Virus record (IMG/VR): IMGVR_UViG_2706794671_000006
DNA: 64,000 bases
DNA from: a virus
Taxonomy: Duplodnaviria; Heunggongvirae; Uroviricota; Caudoviricetes
Reading direction: 5' to 3' (one strand)
Numbering within the stretch: position 1 is the stretch's first letter; the number at the start of each line of letters is the position of its first letter. Below, in pieces: positions 29,349-39,700 of this stretch. The position numbers and the translations under genes were made by a program. The notes under the pieces are model-generated. The model was not told the origin of the DNA and searched no databases. It saw nothing but the letters and a program-made list of their open reading frames with translations.

Positions 29349-29618
29349 GTGTCGCCGTTAGAACTACTGAACATCCCTCTCACGATGTTCTGGATGCTCA
29401 GTCGCAACATCGACCGTCTACGTGCGGAAGAGGATGTCCGCAACCTGCAAGTCGCTCGCGCTGCTCAGGCAGATGGCGAGGGCGTGAAGGCGTTCATGGA
29501 GGGTTTGCAACTCAGGATTGGAAGACCAGTCGTAACAGATAAAGTCTACGATCCAAGCCAGGATAGGGCAGACCCTGACGCCAAAGAGCAACTGATGCAA
29601 ATATTTGGCAGAGGATGA
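29349..29618 (+). CDS. -1 frame ORF between chaperone and tape measure (possible GT-type frameshift extension)
   Basis: Frame is -1 relative to 28951-29268 and open from ~29232; overlaps start of tape measure gene. No canonical slippery heptamer found. Confidence 0.3.
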   Translation: MSPLELLNIPLTMFWMLSRNIDRLRAEEDVRNLQVARAAQADGEGVKAFMEGLQLRIGRPVVTDKVYDPSQDRADPDAKEQLMQIFGRG

Positions 29619-32600
29619 CAAGGGAATGTCACAAAACGTAGAGTTTATCCTGTCGCTGGAAGACAAACAGTTTACAGCGTCAATCGATCGTGCGGGAAAA
29701 CTGCTTACTCGATTTGGTGAGCAGGTAACAAAGCCTGCTCAAAAAATCCAAACCTTTGAACGCTCTTTGGGTTCGGTCGCCCGTATCATTGGCGTTCTGG
29801 AAAGCAAGCTCGATTCTACGGCAGATAAACTACAGGATGTAGCTGTCGGTTTTGAGCTTGCTTCAGATGCTACGCGTAAAATGCGTGGCAACATCACCAG
29901 CCTCAATTCTGGTCTTAAAGCTCTGATTGAGCGCGTCGATACGACAACTTCTTCAGTAGATAAACTCACCGCGTCATTACGTAAAGTGCAATCAGAGCTA
30001 AATGATTTCTCTGACTGGGCGACCTATGCAAGCAAAAGCGCAAGCCGTTTTGGTACGGAGGTCAAAGAAGCCTCTGCGTCCGTGAGTGGCATGAATACGC
30101 GCCTTAACACCACGACGAAGCGACTCAGTAATTGGGGTGTGACAACAAGCCAGGCTGCCGAGGGACTAAAAAAAGTTCGTGAGCAGATGGACGAAGTTAT
30201 CGGACGTCAGCAACTCATTAACAAGCCTGTACGCGTTCGCACATCAGGAAGCGGAAATGGTGGGGGTAGCGGTGGACGTGGTGGTTACTCTTGGCATATC
30301 GGTAAAAATAACGAAGGCAGTATGTTCTCTGGCCTTCGTGGCAACATTTTCCTGCTTGGTGAGATCGGAGATGCTGCAAGAACCGTCACCAGTATCATGT
30401 TTGGTTGGCAGAAGCCTATTATTGAAGCTGCGGCCGAAATGGAACGTATGCGGGTGATGCTTCGAGGGTTGAATAAGGAGAAGTCCAACCCGGGCCAGGC
30501 TGCCGCTGATGATATGAAGTACATCGTAGACATGGCTCAAAATGCGCCGTTCGCGATGCAGGCGTTAACAGACTCCTTCGTGAAGTTTCGTTCTGCTGGC
30601 TTAGATCCAACCGATGGTTCTCTGAAGGCGCTGGTGGACTCCGTTGCTCGTTTTGGTGGTAATAGTGAGCTGTTGAAACGTGCGGCTGTGGCCGTTCAGC
30701 AGATGTCCGGTAAGGGCGTCGTGTCAATGGAAGAGCTACGTCAGCAATTAGGTGAAGCCGTTCCTAACGCGATGCAGGCAATGGCGGACGCAGCAGGCAT
30801 CACTATGGGGGAACTGACTAAAGCCGTTGCCAGCGGTACGGTTGAGGCAAAACAGGCGTTGTCTCTGATGTTTGTTGGTCTGCGTGCGGAGAATGAGAAC
30901 GCAGCGAAAGACATGATGCAAACCTACACAGGTGCGCTGGCGCAACTTCAGACGTCATTCACGTTATTTGCTGATCGGGTTGGTCAGGCCGGATATCTGG
31001 ATTCTCTATCGAAGGGGATGAAAGAACTGGCTTCAATCATGAATAGCGCCGAAGGGATTTCGTTTGCCAATTCTTTAGGTTCGGGGTTAACGACGGCAAT
31101 CGATGGGTTGCGTCAGCTTGCTCAATGGTTAGCAAAGAACCAAGAGCTGGTAATTAATCTCGGTAAGGTCGTGGCCGCGATGGTTGCGTTCAAACTGATG
31201 CGAGCAGGGATCATGGGAGTAGTTGGCGCAGGCAGCAAGATGGTTAGCACCTTTGCCACGATGGCGACCGCCATACAGACTCCATTTAACCTCGGCGCTA
31301 CAGCAGTAACTCGATTCAATCGTGCGGCACGTATGGGGCTGGCTCCGATCCCCTCTCTTATTTTCGCCATCCGTGGGGCGATTACGGGGCTTAAAGGCGC
31401 TTTTGCTGGATTAACGGCGTTCATTGCAGCAAATCCTATAGGGGCAGCATTTACAGTTGCCACTGTAGCTGTTGCTGGCCTAATCACGTACATGACCATG
31501 CTCCGCAGCGAAACTTCAAAGGTCGTTGACGAGATTAGGAAAATACCAGAGGCGATGACGGCGGCCAAACGTGCACAAATGGCCGACCGCGCAGAAAAGC
31601 TCGAAAAGCAGATTCTTGCTGATCAACGAGCATTAAAAACTGGTGAGGGTGTTAATTACGTATCTAACTCTGCCGGTGTTATTACTCACAAAGAGTCGAA
31701 GGCTGACATCGAAGCACGCCTGAAAAAAAATCAGGAAGAGTATCAAAAGATAACCGGCACGATAGCTCTTGGTGACGGCGCTGTAGCAAAGCGTTTGGCT
31801 AAAGAGGCTGCCGAATCTCAGATTGAGAAAATTCGAGCGGAAAACCAGATTTTCGCGGCAACATTCGTGAAAGCCCGGCAGGAGGCTCTGGATAAGATCC
31901 AGAAAATCAATGATGACGGTTCACTTTCAGATGACGAAAAGAACAAGCTATTGGCACCGTTACGTGAAACGGTAAACAAAAGCTATCTGGAGCCTGCGCA
32001 AAAACTGGTTGATTCATTTTCTTCTCGTAAGAATGCTACCGAGAAGCAAATAGCGACTCTTAATGATCAGCTTGAAAAAGCCAAAAAGGATGGAAATACC
32101 GAGCAAATCCAGAAACTGCAAGGCAGTATCCGTGGTTATCAGGAGCATTTGGAAGCCGTTGCTCAGGAACTGACACAGGCAGAGTTCGAGAGAGATAACG
32201 CGGCCAAAACTGGTAAGGGCGTAATGTCAAACCAGGGGACTGTTCTTGGGTTAGGTACAACTGATAAAGCTGCTCAGAAGGCGCTGGCGCAATATATGCG
32301 AAACCAGATGGATTCTGCGACTTATCAACGTACTTTGCCTGACGGCACTCCGATGATGGACTTCGAAGGTAAGCCGATTATTGGGCCTAAACAACTCAAG
32401 ACGCAGCTTAATTTGCAGAAAGCATCCAGTGCCAGCTCTCTGGAGAAAATGAGCGATGAAGAGCGTGCCGCAGCCATTGCCGCACTGACTAAAGCTCGTG
32501 AACAGGATGCCGCAGCCGCCGAGAAAGCAGCCCAACGATCAGCTAATGCCTCGCAGCGTGCGGCCAAGAAAGAACAGACAGCGCAACAGAAACTGGCAGC

Positions 32601-34182
32601 CGGATACCAGAAGGCTCTGGATAAAGCCGATCAGCTTATGGGGCAAATGGGTGAAAGCTCTAAGGCTACGGTATCGTTTGATCAGTCTCTTCGCGATACA
32701 ACGAAATCGCTGACAGATTTGGCTAATGCGGTTCCTAACGAGTTCATCACTCAAGAGATGATCGACAAGGCGAAAAAACGTCTTGAAGACCTCAAAAATG
32801 CGACACCTGAATATCGCGAGATGTTTAATCGCCGCAATGTTGAGCAGATGATCTCCACCTGGGCACCGGAGTCGGATTCCATTATTAGTGCTGGCTATAC
32901 GCCGTCTCGTGAAGAGAAAGTTGCTGATTTCGAAGACACCTACAACCGCAATCTCAAAGCGTTGATAGAACTTCGTGATAAGGCGTCTGATCCTAAAGTT
33001 GTGGCGCTTTATACAAAGAAAATCAATCAACTGATTGCTGCTGGCAATACCGCGCTTATTAAAGAGACGGGGACTGCGACGCAGAAGTTGGCACTGGAAT
33101 ACGAAAACCTGGCAGAGCAGATCGAAAGCACCTGGACTGATTTGTTTAGTGGCTTAACTGATGTCCTGACTGATTTCGTTATTAACGGGAAGATGAGTTT
33201 CTCCAGCCTATCTCAGTCCATTTTGAAAGATATCACCAATATGGTCGTGAAGTCGCAAATCACGCTGCCTCTAATGAACATGTTGGGGATGGGAACCACC
33301 GCAGCTGGTAGTTCACAGAGTGGTAATTTGCTGACCGGGGTTGCTTCCGCCGTTGCCAATCAAGGGGTACGAATGGGCAACACTGTTAACGGCGACAAGT
33401 CGGTAGGAGAAGCCACGAAGGAGACGTCCAGTTCGGTAACTGGATTAGGGCAAACAACACAGCAGACCACCAGCGCAATTGGCACTGCAACAAATGCGAT
33501 TGGTAGCTGGGTATCAGGGCTATTTGATAGCACTGAAGCCAAAGATGCCGAGACAAAAGCCGTGAAGGACTCCATCTTCTCGATGCAGAACCTCAGCTCT
33601 GTTACCGGCGCGCTGTCTGCCGCGTTTGCAATGCTTGGAGCTAATGCTTCCGGCTCTGGTAATAAGTGGTTGAGTTTTGGAGCAACGGTTGCATCTGGTC
33701 TTGTTTCAGCTTGGGCTGGCGGTGGTTTCGACAGCTTGACATCAAGCTCTGCTAAAACCGCAACCAGCAGTGTGGCTGACGGAACTAAAGGCATTCCTGC
33801 AATCCCGAAGTTTGCAAATGGAGGAATATTCGGAAAAGACGGCGTGATCCCGCTCCGGGCATACCAGAAAGGCGGTATTGCTAACTCGCCTCAATTAGCG
33901 TTGTTTGGGGAAGGTTCTATGAATGAGGCGTATGTTCCATTGCCTGATGGCCGAACAATCCCTGTAACGCTCAGTACCGATGGTATGAGTGGAGGCGGAA
34001 ATGTTCTTTCTCCTGTATCAATTGAGATCAACGTCCATAGTGACGGTAGCACAACTGAATCCGGCGATACAGAAAGCATATGGAACAATGCCGCTCAACG
34101 GATGAAAGCAATCGCGCTTGAGACTATCGCTCAAGAGAAACGCCCTGGCGGATCACTCAACCCAAACACTCAACGTAACTAA
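29605..34182 (+). CDS. tail tape measure protein
   Basis: 1525 aa, coiled-coil rich with central hydrophobic segments, downstream of chaperone genes. Confidence 0.8.
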   Translation: MAEDDKGMSQNVEFILSLEDKQFTASIDRAGKLLTRFGEQVTKPAQKIQTFERSLGSVARIIGVLESKLDSTADKLQDVAVGFELASDATRKMRGNITSLNSGLKALIERVDTTTSSVDKLTASLRKVQSELNDFSDWATYASKSASRFGTEVKEASASVSGMNTRLNTTTKRLSNWGVTTSQAAEGLKKVREQMDEVIGRQQLINKPVRVRTSGSGNGGGSGGRGGYSWHIGKNNEGSMFSGLRGNIFLLGEIGDAARTVTSIMFGWQKPIIEAAAEMERMRVMLRGLNKEKSNPGQAAADDMKYIVDMAQNAPFAMQALTDSFVKFRSAGLDPTDGSLKALVDSVARFGGNSELLKRAAVAVQQMSGKGVVSMEELRQQLGEAVPNAMQAMADAAGITMGELTKAVASGTVEAKQALSLMFVGLRAENENAAKDMMQTYTGALAQLQTSFTLFADRVGQAGYLDSLSKGMKELASIMNSAEGISFANSLGSGLTTAIDGLRQLAQWLAKNQELVINLGKVVAAMVAFKLMRAGIMGVVGAGSKMVSTFATMATAIQTPFNLGATAVTRFNRAARMGLAPIPSLIFAIRGAITGLKGAFAGLTAFIAANPIGAAFTVATVAVAGLITYMTMLRSETSKVVDEIRKIPEAMTAAKRAQMADRAEKLEKQILADQRALKTGEGVNYVSNSAGVITHKESKADIEARLKKNQEEYQKITGTIALGDGAVAKRLAKEAAESQIEKIRAENQIFAATFVKARQEALDKIQKINDDGSLSDDEKNKLLAPLRETVNKSYLEPAQKLVDSFSSRKNATEKQIATLNDQLEKAKKDGNTEQIQKLQGSIRGYQEHLEAVAQELTQAEFERDNAAKTGKGVMSNQGTVLGLGTTDKAAQKALAQYMRNQMDSATYQRTLPDGTPMMDFEGKPIIGPKQLKTQLNLQKASSASSLEKMSDEERAAAIAALTKAREQDAAAAEKAAQRSANASQRAAKKEQTAQQKLAAGYQKALDKADQLMGQMGESSKATVSFDQSLRDTTKSLTDLANAVPNEFITQEMIDKAKKRLEDLKNATPEYREMFNRRNVEQMISTWAPESDSIISAGYTPSREEKVADFEDTYNRNLKALIELRDKASDPKVVALYTKKINQLIAAGNTALIKETGTATQKLALEYENLAEQIESTWTDLFSGLTDVLTDFVINGKMSFSSLSQSILKDITNMVVKSQITLPLMNMLGMGTTAAGSSQSGNLLTGVASAVANQGVRMGNTVNGDKSVGEATKETSSSVTGLGQTTQQTTSAIGTATNAIGSWVSGLFDSTEAKDAETKAVKDSIFSMQNLSSVTGALSAAFAMLGANASGSGNKWLSFGATVASGLVSAWAGGGFDSLTSSSAKTATSSVADGTKGIPAIPKFANGGIFGKDGVIPLRAYQKGGIANSPQLALFGEGSMNEAYVPLPDGRTIPVTLSTDGMSGGGNVLSPVSIEINVHSDGSTTESGDTESIWNNAAQRMKAIALETIAQEKRPGGSLNPNTQRN

Positions 34183-34224
34183 CTATCGACTGCCCCGGTC
34201 GGGGCAGTCTCACAAGGATGTGAG

Positions 34225-34560
34225 ATGGAAAGACAAACGTTTAATTGGTATCCAGATTACGAATCTGAAAAGAGCGTAAAACCGAATGTAACGGTACTTA
34301 ATTTTGGTGATGACTACGAGCAGCGACAGGCTCAAGGTCTTAATCGTATTAAAGAAGAATGGTCGTTAACCTTTACCAGATCATACAACGAAATTAATGC
34401 AATCGATGACTTCCTTACTGAGCGATCAGGTGTTGAATCGTTCTATTGGGTTAATCCAAGAGGCAAGCAGATTGTAGTTGTATGTGACAGTCATACGGTC
34501 AAGAGATATCAGGGGTACTGTGTCTTAACTGCTACATTCAGACAAGTATTTGAGGCTTAA
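34225..34560 (+). CDS. minor tail protein (lambda M-like)
   Basis: 111 aa, first gene after tape measure. Confidence 0.6.
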   Translation: MERQTFNWYPDYESEKSVKPNVTVLNFGDDYEQRQAQGLNRIKEEWSLTFTRSYNEINAIDDFLTERSGVESFYWVNPRGKQIVVVCDSHTVKRYQGYCVLTATFRQVFEA

Positions 34561-34597
34561 GTATCTGGATAAGTAAGTACTAATTTACTATCATTGT

Positions 34598-34620
34598 GGC
34601 GCTGACAGGATGTCAGCGCC
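34598..34620 (+). other. perfect 10-bp-stem hairpin GGCGCTGACA-GGA-TGTCAGCGCC enclosing the track ATG at 34610
   Basis: Read directly; preceded by motif B-like GGATAAGTAAGTAC at ~34567-34590. Confidence 0.6.
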
Positions 34621-34642
34621 TACTTATTTCAAGGATGAAACA

Positions 34643-35341
34643 ATGGGAATTAAAGCTGATATTCAGAGCTTATCTCCCTCTGCACTCATTGAGTTGTTCG
34701 TACTGGATATGTCGAACACAACTTCAGGGGGGAAGCTATTCTTCCACGCCGGAACAAACGAACTGATGCAACCGGTCGTCTGGCAAGGAGTGACATACGA
34801 GCCGTGGCCAATCAAAGCATCAGGCTTTGACAAAACTGGCCAGGGAACGTTGCCACGTCCAAAAATTCAGGTATCGAACTTTGCCGGAACCGTCTCTGCG
34901 GAAGTTCAGGCGAACGACGATCTTGTTGGCTGCCGCATTATTCGCAAGATGACGCTGGCTCGCTTCCTCGATGCCGTTAATTTTAAAGACGGCAACCCAA
35001 CAGCAGATCCAAACCAACATTTCCCGGATGAAATGTGGTTTATCGAACAGAAAACTCTCGAAACTCATCAGGTTGTCGAGTTTGAATTGTCCAGTGTGTT
35101 CGATTTGATGGGGGTACAACTGCCGTATCGTCAGATCATTAAAAACACCTGCCCGTGGAAATACCGAGGGCCAGAATGCGGCTATACCGGTCCATATTTC
35201 GACAAAAATAACCAGCAGACGTCTATGTCTGGTGCGGATTACTGCACAAAACGTTATGACGCCTGTAATGCGCGTCGGAATTATTTTGCCGACGGTGTGA
35301 TCCATTTTGGTGGATTTATTGGAGCTACGCGGTATGGGTAA
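34643..35341 (+). CDS. minor tail protein (lambda L-like)
   Basis: Cys-rich C-terminal half (CPWKYRGPECGYTG...); start moved to MGIKADIQ (AAGGA RBS) because the upstream ATG lies inside a hairpin. Confidence 0.65.
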   Translation: MGIKADIQSLSPSALIELFVLDMSNTTSGGKLFFHAGTNELMQPVVWQGVTYEPWPIKASGFDKTGQGTLPRPKIQVSNFAGTVSAEVQANDDLVGCRIIRKMTLARFLDAVNFKDGNPTADPNQHFPDEMWFIEQKTLETHQVVEFELSSVFDLMGVQLPYRQIIKNTCPWKYRGPECGYTGPYFDKNNQQTSMSGADYCTKRYDACNARRNYFADGVIHFGGFIGATRYG

Positions 35342-36131
35342 TAAAGCAATCCCTGAGCTTGGCTCTGACGTTATGCAGCAAATCTATCTCTGCGCCATAA
35401 ATCGCTACCCTAATGAAGCGTGTGGCTTTCTGGTTAGAACTAATGGCGACAAATATCGCTTTATGGAAGCGCGGAATGTTTCGGAGAACCCGCAGAACAC
35501 TTTTGTAATGCACGTTGACGACATTATGGCGGCTGAGGATGCGGGTGATGTTATCGCAATCTGGCATTCACATACTGATGAATCAGCAGAAGCATCTGAT
35601 GCCGATCGTGCAGGCTGCGAAGCGACGGAAGTTCCGTGGATGATTCTGGCTATTCGCAAGAATGTTGAGGGAGATGCCCCTTTCCATTTTAGCGAGATGA
35701 ATGTGATCACACCTGATGGTTTCGAAATGCCATACCTGTGCAGACCGTATGTATTTGGCGTATTCGATTGCTGGATGTTGTGTCGGGACTATTTGAAGCG
35801 TGAGTTTAACGTCGAACTAAACCCGAACGCACACCTGCATATTCCATCGTGGTACACCGGCGATAACGACATTCTCGACCAGAACTACCGAAACGAAGGA
35901 TTGGTACGGCTTGCGCCCGGAACAGAACCTCAACGTGGGGACGTCTTCTTTATCCAATACGGAAAAATGCCTGACCACTGTGCGGTTTATATCGGCGATG
36001 GAATGATTCTTCATCACCAGATCGACCGCCTTAGTTGTCGTGCTTATTACGGCGGGATGTATCAGAAACATACGACGCATCACTTGCGTCACAGAGACTT
36101 GCTCAAGGGAGATGAGACGTGTCTGAGTTAG
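35307..36131 (+). CDS. tail assembly protein (lambda K-like; JAMM/MPN + NlpC/P60 domains)
   Basis: JAMM motif IWHSHTDESAEASDAD; NlpC/P60-like Cys in FDCWMLCRDY. Start uncertain. Confidence 0.8.
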   Translation: MVDLLELRGMGNKAIPELGSDVMQQIYLCAINRYPNEACGFLVRTNGDKYRFMEARNVSENPQNTFVMHVDDIMAAEDAGDVIAIWHSHTDESAEASDADRAGCEATEVPWMILAIRKNVEGDAPFHFSEMNVITPDGFEMPYLCRPYVFGVFDCWMLCRDYLKREFNVELNPNAHLHIPSWYTGDNDILDQNYRNEGLVRLAPGTEPQRGDVFFIQYGKMPDHCAVYIGDGMILHHQIDRLSCRAYYGGMYQKHTTHHLRHRDLLKGDETCLS

Positions 36132-36712
36132 TTCATGTGCAGCTTGGCGGCCCTATGGCCAAACATTTTGGCCGCCACTGGCATCTAAAGGTGCGCAATA
36201 CAAAACAGGCTCTGGATTTAATTGAGGCCAATAAGCCTGGTTTTAAAGCATGGATGAAGCGCAATATCAAAACCTATGACAGATACCACATCCAGATCAC
36301 CAATAAACAGGGCCACAAGTGGTCTGTGGACGAGAGTGAATATCAGATGATGGGGCAGTCTGACAACATTGCCAAAATCCGCATTACCCCTGTTCCGCGA
36401 GGAAGCGGCGGATCTGCTTTTGGGTGGTTTCAGACGGTAGTAGGGGCCGCTTTGTTGGTTGTATCGGCGGTAATGATGCCCGCTCTTGCCCCTCTCGGTT
36501 TGTCACTGATGATGGGCGGTATAGCGCAAATCATATCTCCGCAAGCCACTAACGAAAGTGTGAGGCAGGCGGATAACTCGAACTCTTATTACTTTGATGG
36601 ACCTCAAAACACAACAAACCAGGGGAACCCTGTACAGCTTATCTATGGCGAGGAAATTTTAGTTGGCTCACAGGTCGTGAGTTCTTCTATCACCATCGAC
36701 CAGCTTATGTAA
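36119..36712 (+). CDS. tail assembly protein (lambda I-like)
   Basis: 197 aa with hydrophobic C-terminal half, between K-like and J-like genes. Confidence 0.65.
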   Translation: MSELVHVQLGGPMAKHFGRHWHLKVRNTKQALDLIEANKPGFKAWMKRNIKTYDRYHIQITNKQGHKWSVDESEYQMMGQSDNIAKIRITPVPRGSGGSAFGWFQTVVGAALLVVSAVMMPALAPLGLSLMMGGIAQIISPQATNESVRQADNSNSYYFDGPQNTTNQGNPVQLIYGEEILVGSQVVSSSITIDQLM

Positions 36713-36722
36713 TCAAGGATTT

Positions 36723-39700
36723 TTGGACATGGAACAGTTCAAGAAGAAAAAGTTACCTCTATTAATTGCAGGTTCTGGTGGCAAAAAAAGTAGCAAAAGC
36801 TCTAGTCGCACACCAGTTGAAGCAGACGATACCGTAAATTCTCGTGCTATGGCCTCTATTCTCGATCTTCTTGGAGAAGGCGTAATTGGCGGCTTGGTAA
36901 ATGGCGCAAGATCTATTTTTGTCGACGATTTGCCCATAGTAAATGAAGACGGCTCTTCAAACTTTAGCGGAATTTCATGGGATTTTCGAGACGGCTCGCA
37001 AGACCAGACACCAATGTCTGGCTTTGATTTCGTCGAAACACCTAAATCGATCAATATCCAACTAAAGAAATCGCATTATGTGACGGTTTCAATAGATAAC
37101 GATGAGGCCGATCGTGTTCGAGTCATCATGAAGTTCCCTTCTCTGCGAAGAATAGACCAAAAAACGGGTGATACAAACGGCACTACCGTTGAGTATAAGT
37201 TCCAGATCTCAAATGGAGATTCAACATTTGTAGATGTGGTCGCAGAAGGTGAAAAAAACGTTGGTATTAAGTTAACAGCGAAGAAAACCGGTGCTTATTA
37301 TCGTAGTTATGAGCTGAAGTTACCCAAGCCAGGTCGGGCATACAGTGTTCGAGTAGTTCGTATTACTGATGATAACAGCGGTCAGTATCTTTATAACGAT
37401 ACATGGGTGGACTCAATCGGTGAGATCGTTGATACACCGATGAACTACCCAAACTCTGCGTTGGTGGGACTGAAGGTTAATTCTGAGCAGTTTGGCGGCT
37501 CTATGCCTTCTCGTTCCTATCTGGTGCGGGGATTAAAAATTCGCGTACCATCAAACTACAACGAGGCTAGCAACACTTATGATGGCGTATGGGATGGCTC
37601 TTTTAAGCTGTTGTCATCTTCAAACCCTGCGTGGATTCTCTTCGACTTGCTTACCAATTCTCGATATGGGCTTGGTCAGTATGTGTCGGAATCTATGATT
37701 GATCTCGGCCAACTGTACCAGATCGGTCGATATTGTGACGAAGAGGTTGATGATGGCTTTGGTGGTAAAGAGAAACGCTTTGCAATCAATACGCAGATCA
37801 CCAGTAGACAGGATGCATACCGACTAATTCAGGATATTGCCGGTGCATTCCGCGGCATGGTGTTTTGGGCTGGTGGCATGGTTAACATCATGCAGGATAG
37901 CCCATCAGATCCAGTAATGATGTTTACCAACTCGAACGTCAAAGATGGATTGTTTACCTATAAAGGTTCTGCGCGTAAAGATCGCCCATCCGTTGCGCTC
38001 GTAACCTACAACAACAAGGAGGACGGTTATAAGCAAAACATTGAGTACGTTGAAGATCAGGACGCAATGCGCCGTTATGGTGAGCGTAAAACAGAAGTCG
38101 TAGCATTTGGATGTACAAGCCGAGGCCAGGCTCACCGAGTTGGTTTGTGGCTTTTGTATACCGCCAGAATGGAGTCGGATGTAATTACATTTACTGCCGG
38201 TTTAGACGCCTCATTTCTGATGCCCGGTGAAACCGTTCTGATTCAGAACAAATATCGTGCAGGTAAACGTAACTCCGGTCGAATTGTGGAGTTTACCAAA
38301 AACAGCATCACTCTCGATGCGCCTGTGTCGTTAGCTAAAAGCGGCAGCTTTATTCGGATATTGAATCAGGAAGGCAAAATCGTTGAACGCGATGTTCTTG
38401 AAACTGGCGAAAACATAACAAAGGTTACGTTTTCAAAAGCTCTGTCGTCAGCGGAAACGCCTGTTTTGAACGGTGTATGGACAATCACAGAACCAGATCT
38501 CGAACCTATGCGCGTTCGCATCGTTAACATCGCTCAGGGGGAAACGTCGGGTAGCTTTGACATCACCGCTGTTGAGAACAATCCGTCTAAATATGAGGCA
38601 ATCGACAATGGTGCAACGCTTATCCCGCAGAATACGACGGTATTGGACCCGACTTACTCCAAGCCGTCTAATTTGCAAATCACCGAAGGGACTTATCTCT
38701 CAAGCCCAGGCAACCTGTCAGTAAAACTGACTGCAACATGGGAAGGGAAATCTCCAGAGTATTGGATCAGTTGGCGACGTTCTGATGAAAACAATGTATC
38801 GAACTGGCAATCGGCACGTGTAACCGAAGAGCAATACGAAATCGTTAATGTCGCGGAGAATGGACGCTACGACTTCCAACTGTATGCGGTTTCATTCAAC
38901 GGTAAAAAAACAGAGATTATCAGTACCGTTTATCAGGTGCTGGGCACAATGACACCGCCGGATGCACCAACGTCATTAACGGCCGTTGGAGACTATCGTA
39001 ATGTGATACTGAATTGGGTTAATCCAGATTCGGTAGACCTTGATCACATTAATGTTTACGCATCCCAGACCAACAATCTGGATACGGCGAAACTGATCGC
39101 AGAGTCTGCAAGCACCACCTTTACACATTCTGGTCTTGGGGATAGTGAAACTTGGTATTACTGGGTTAGATCAGCAAATAAGCGTGGCATGTTGAGTCGC
39201 CCAAACTCAAATCTTGGTACAGAGGCCACAACGCGAGATGTTCTTTCATTTTTAGCCAATAAAATTACCTCGTCAGAACTTGGCCAGGCTTTAAATGAGG
39301 AAATTGACAGTAAGGCTTCTCAACAAGCTGTTGATGAAATCAATAATCATATCGATCAGAGCGTCGAATCTCTGGAAGGTGAAATTTCCGCATTAAATAA
39401 GGAGCTAACGAGTAGTATCGATGAGTTCAAAACATCGTTTACTGAACGCAGCGAGACACTGGAGAATGCGCAAAGCGAGCTTAGAACGGAAGTTTCTAGC
39501 ACTCGGGAAAAAGTAGATGATGCATTACGACAAGTTGAAAATTCAAATGCAGCACTTATTGAACTACGTAATACAGTATCAAAACAAGGTGATTCTGTTG
39601 CTGGTGTCGTAGAAGCAGCAAATGCGGCACTTGAAAATGCATCATCTTTAATTGCCGAAGAGCGTAAAGTTCGTGCACAAGCAGATCTAGCGAATGCTAA

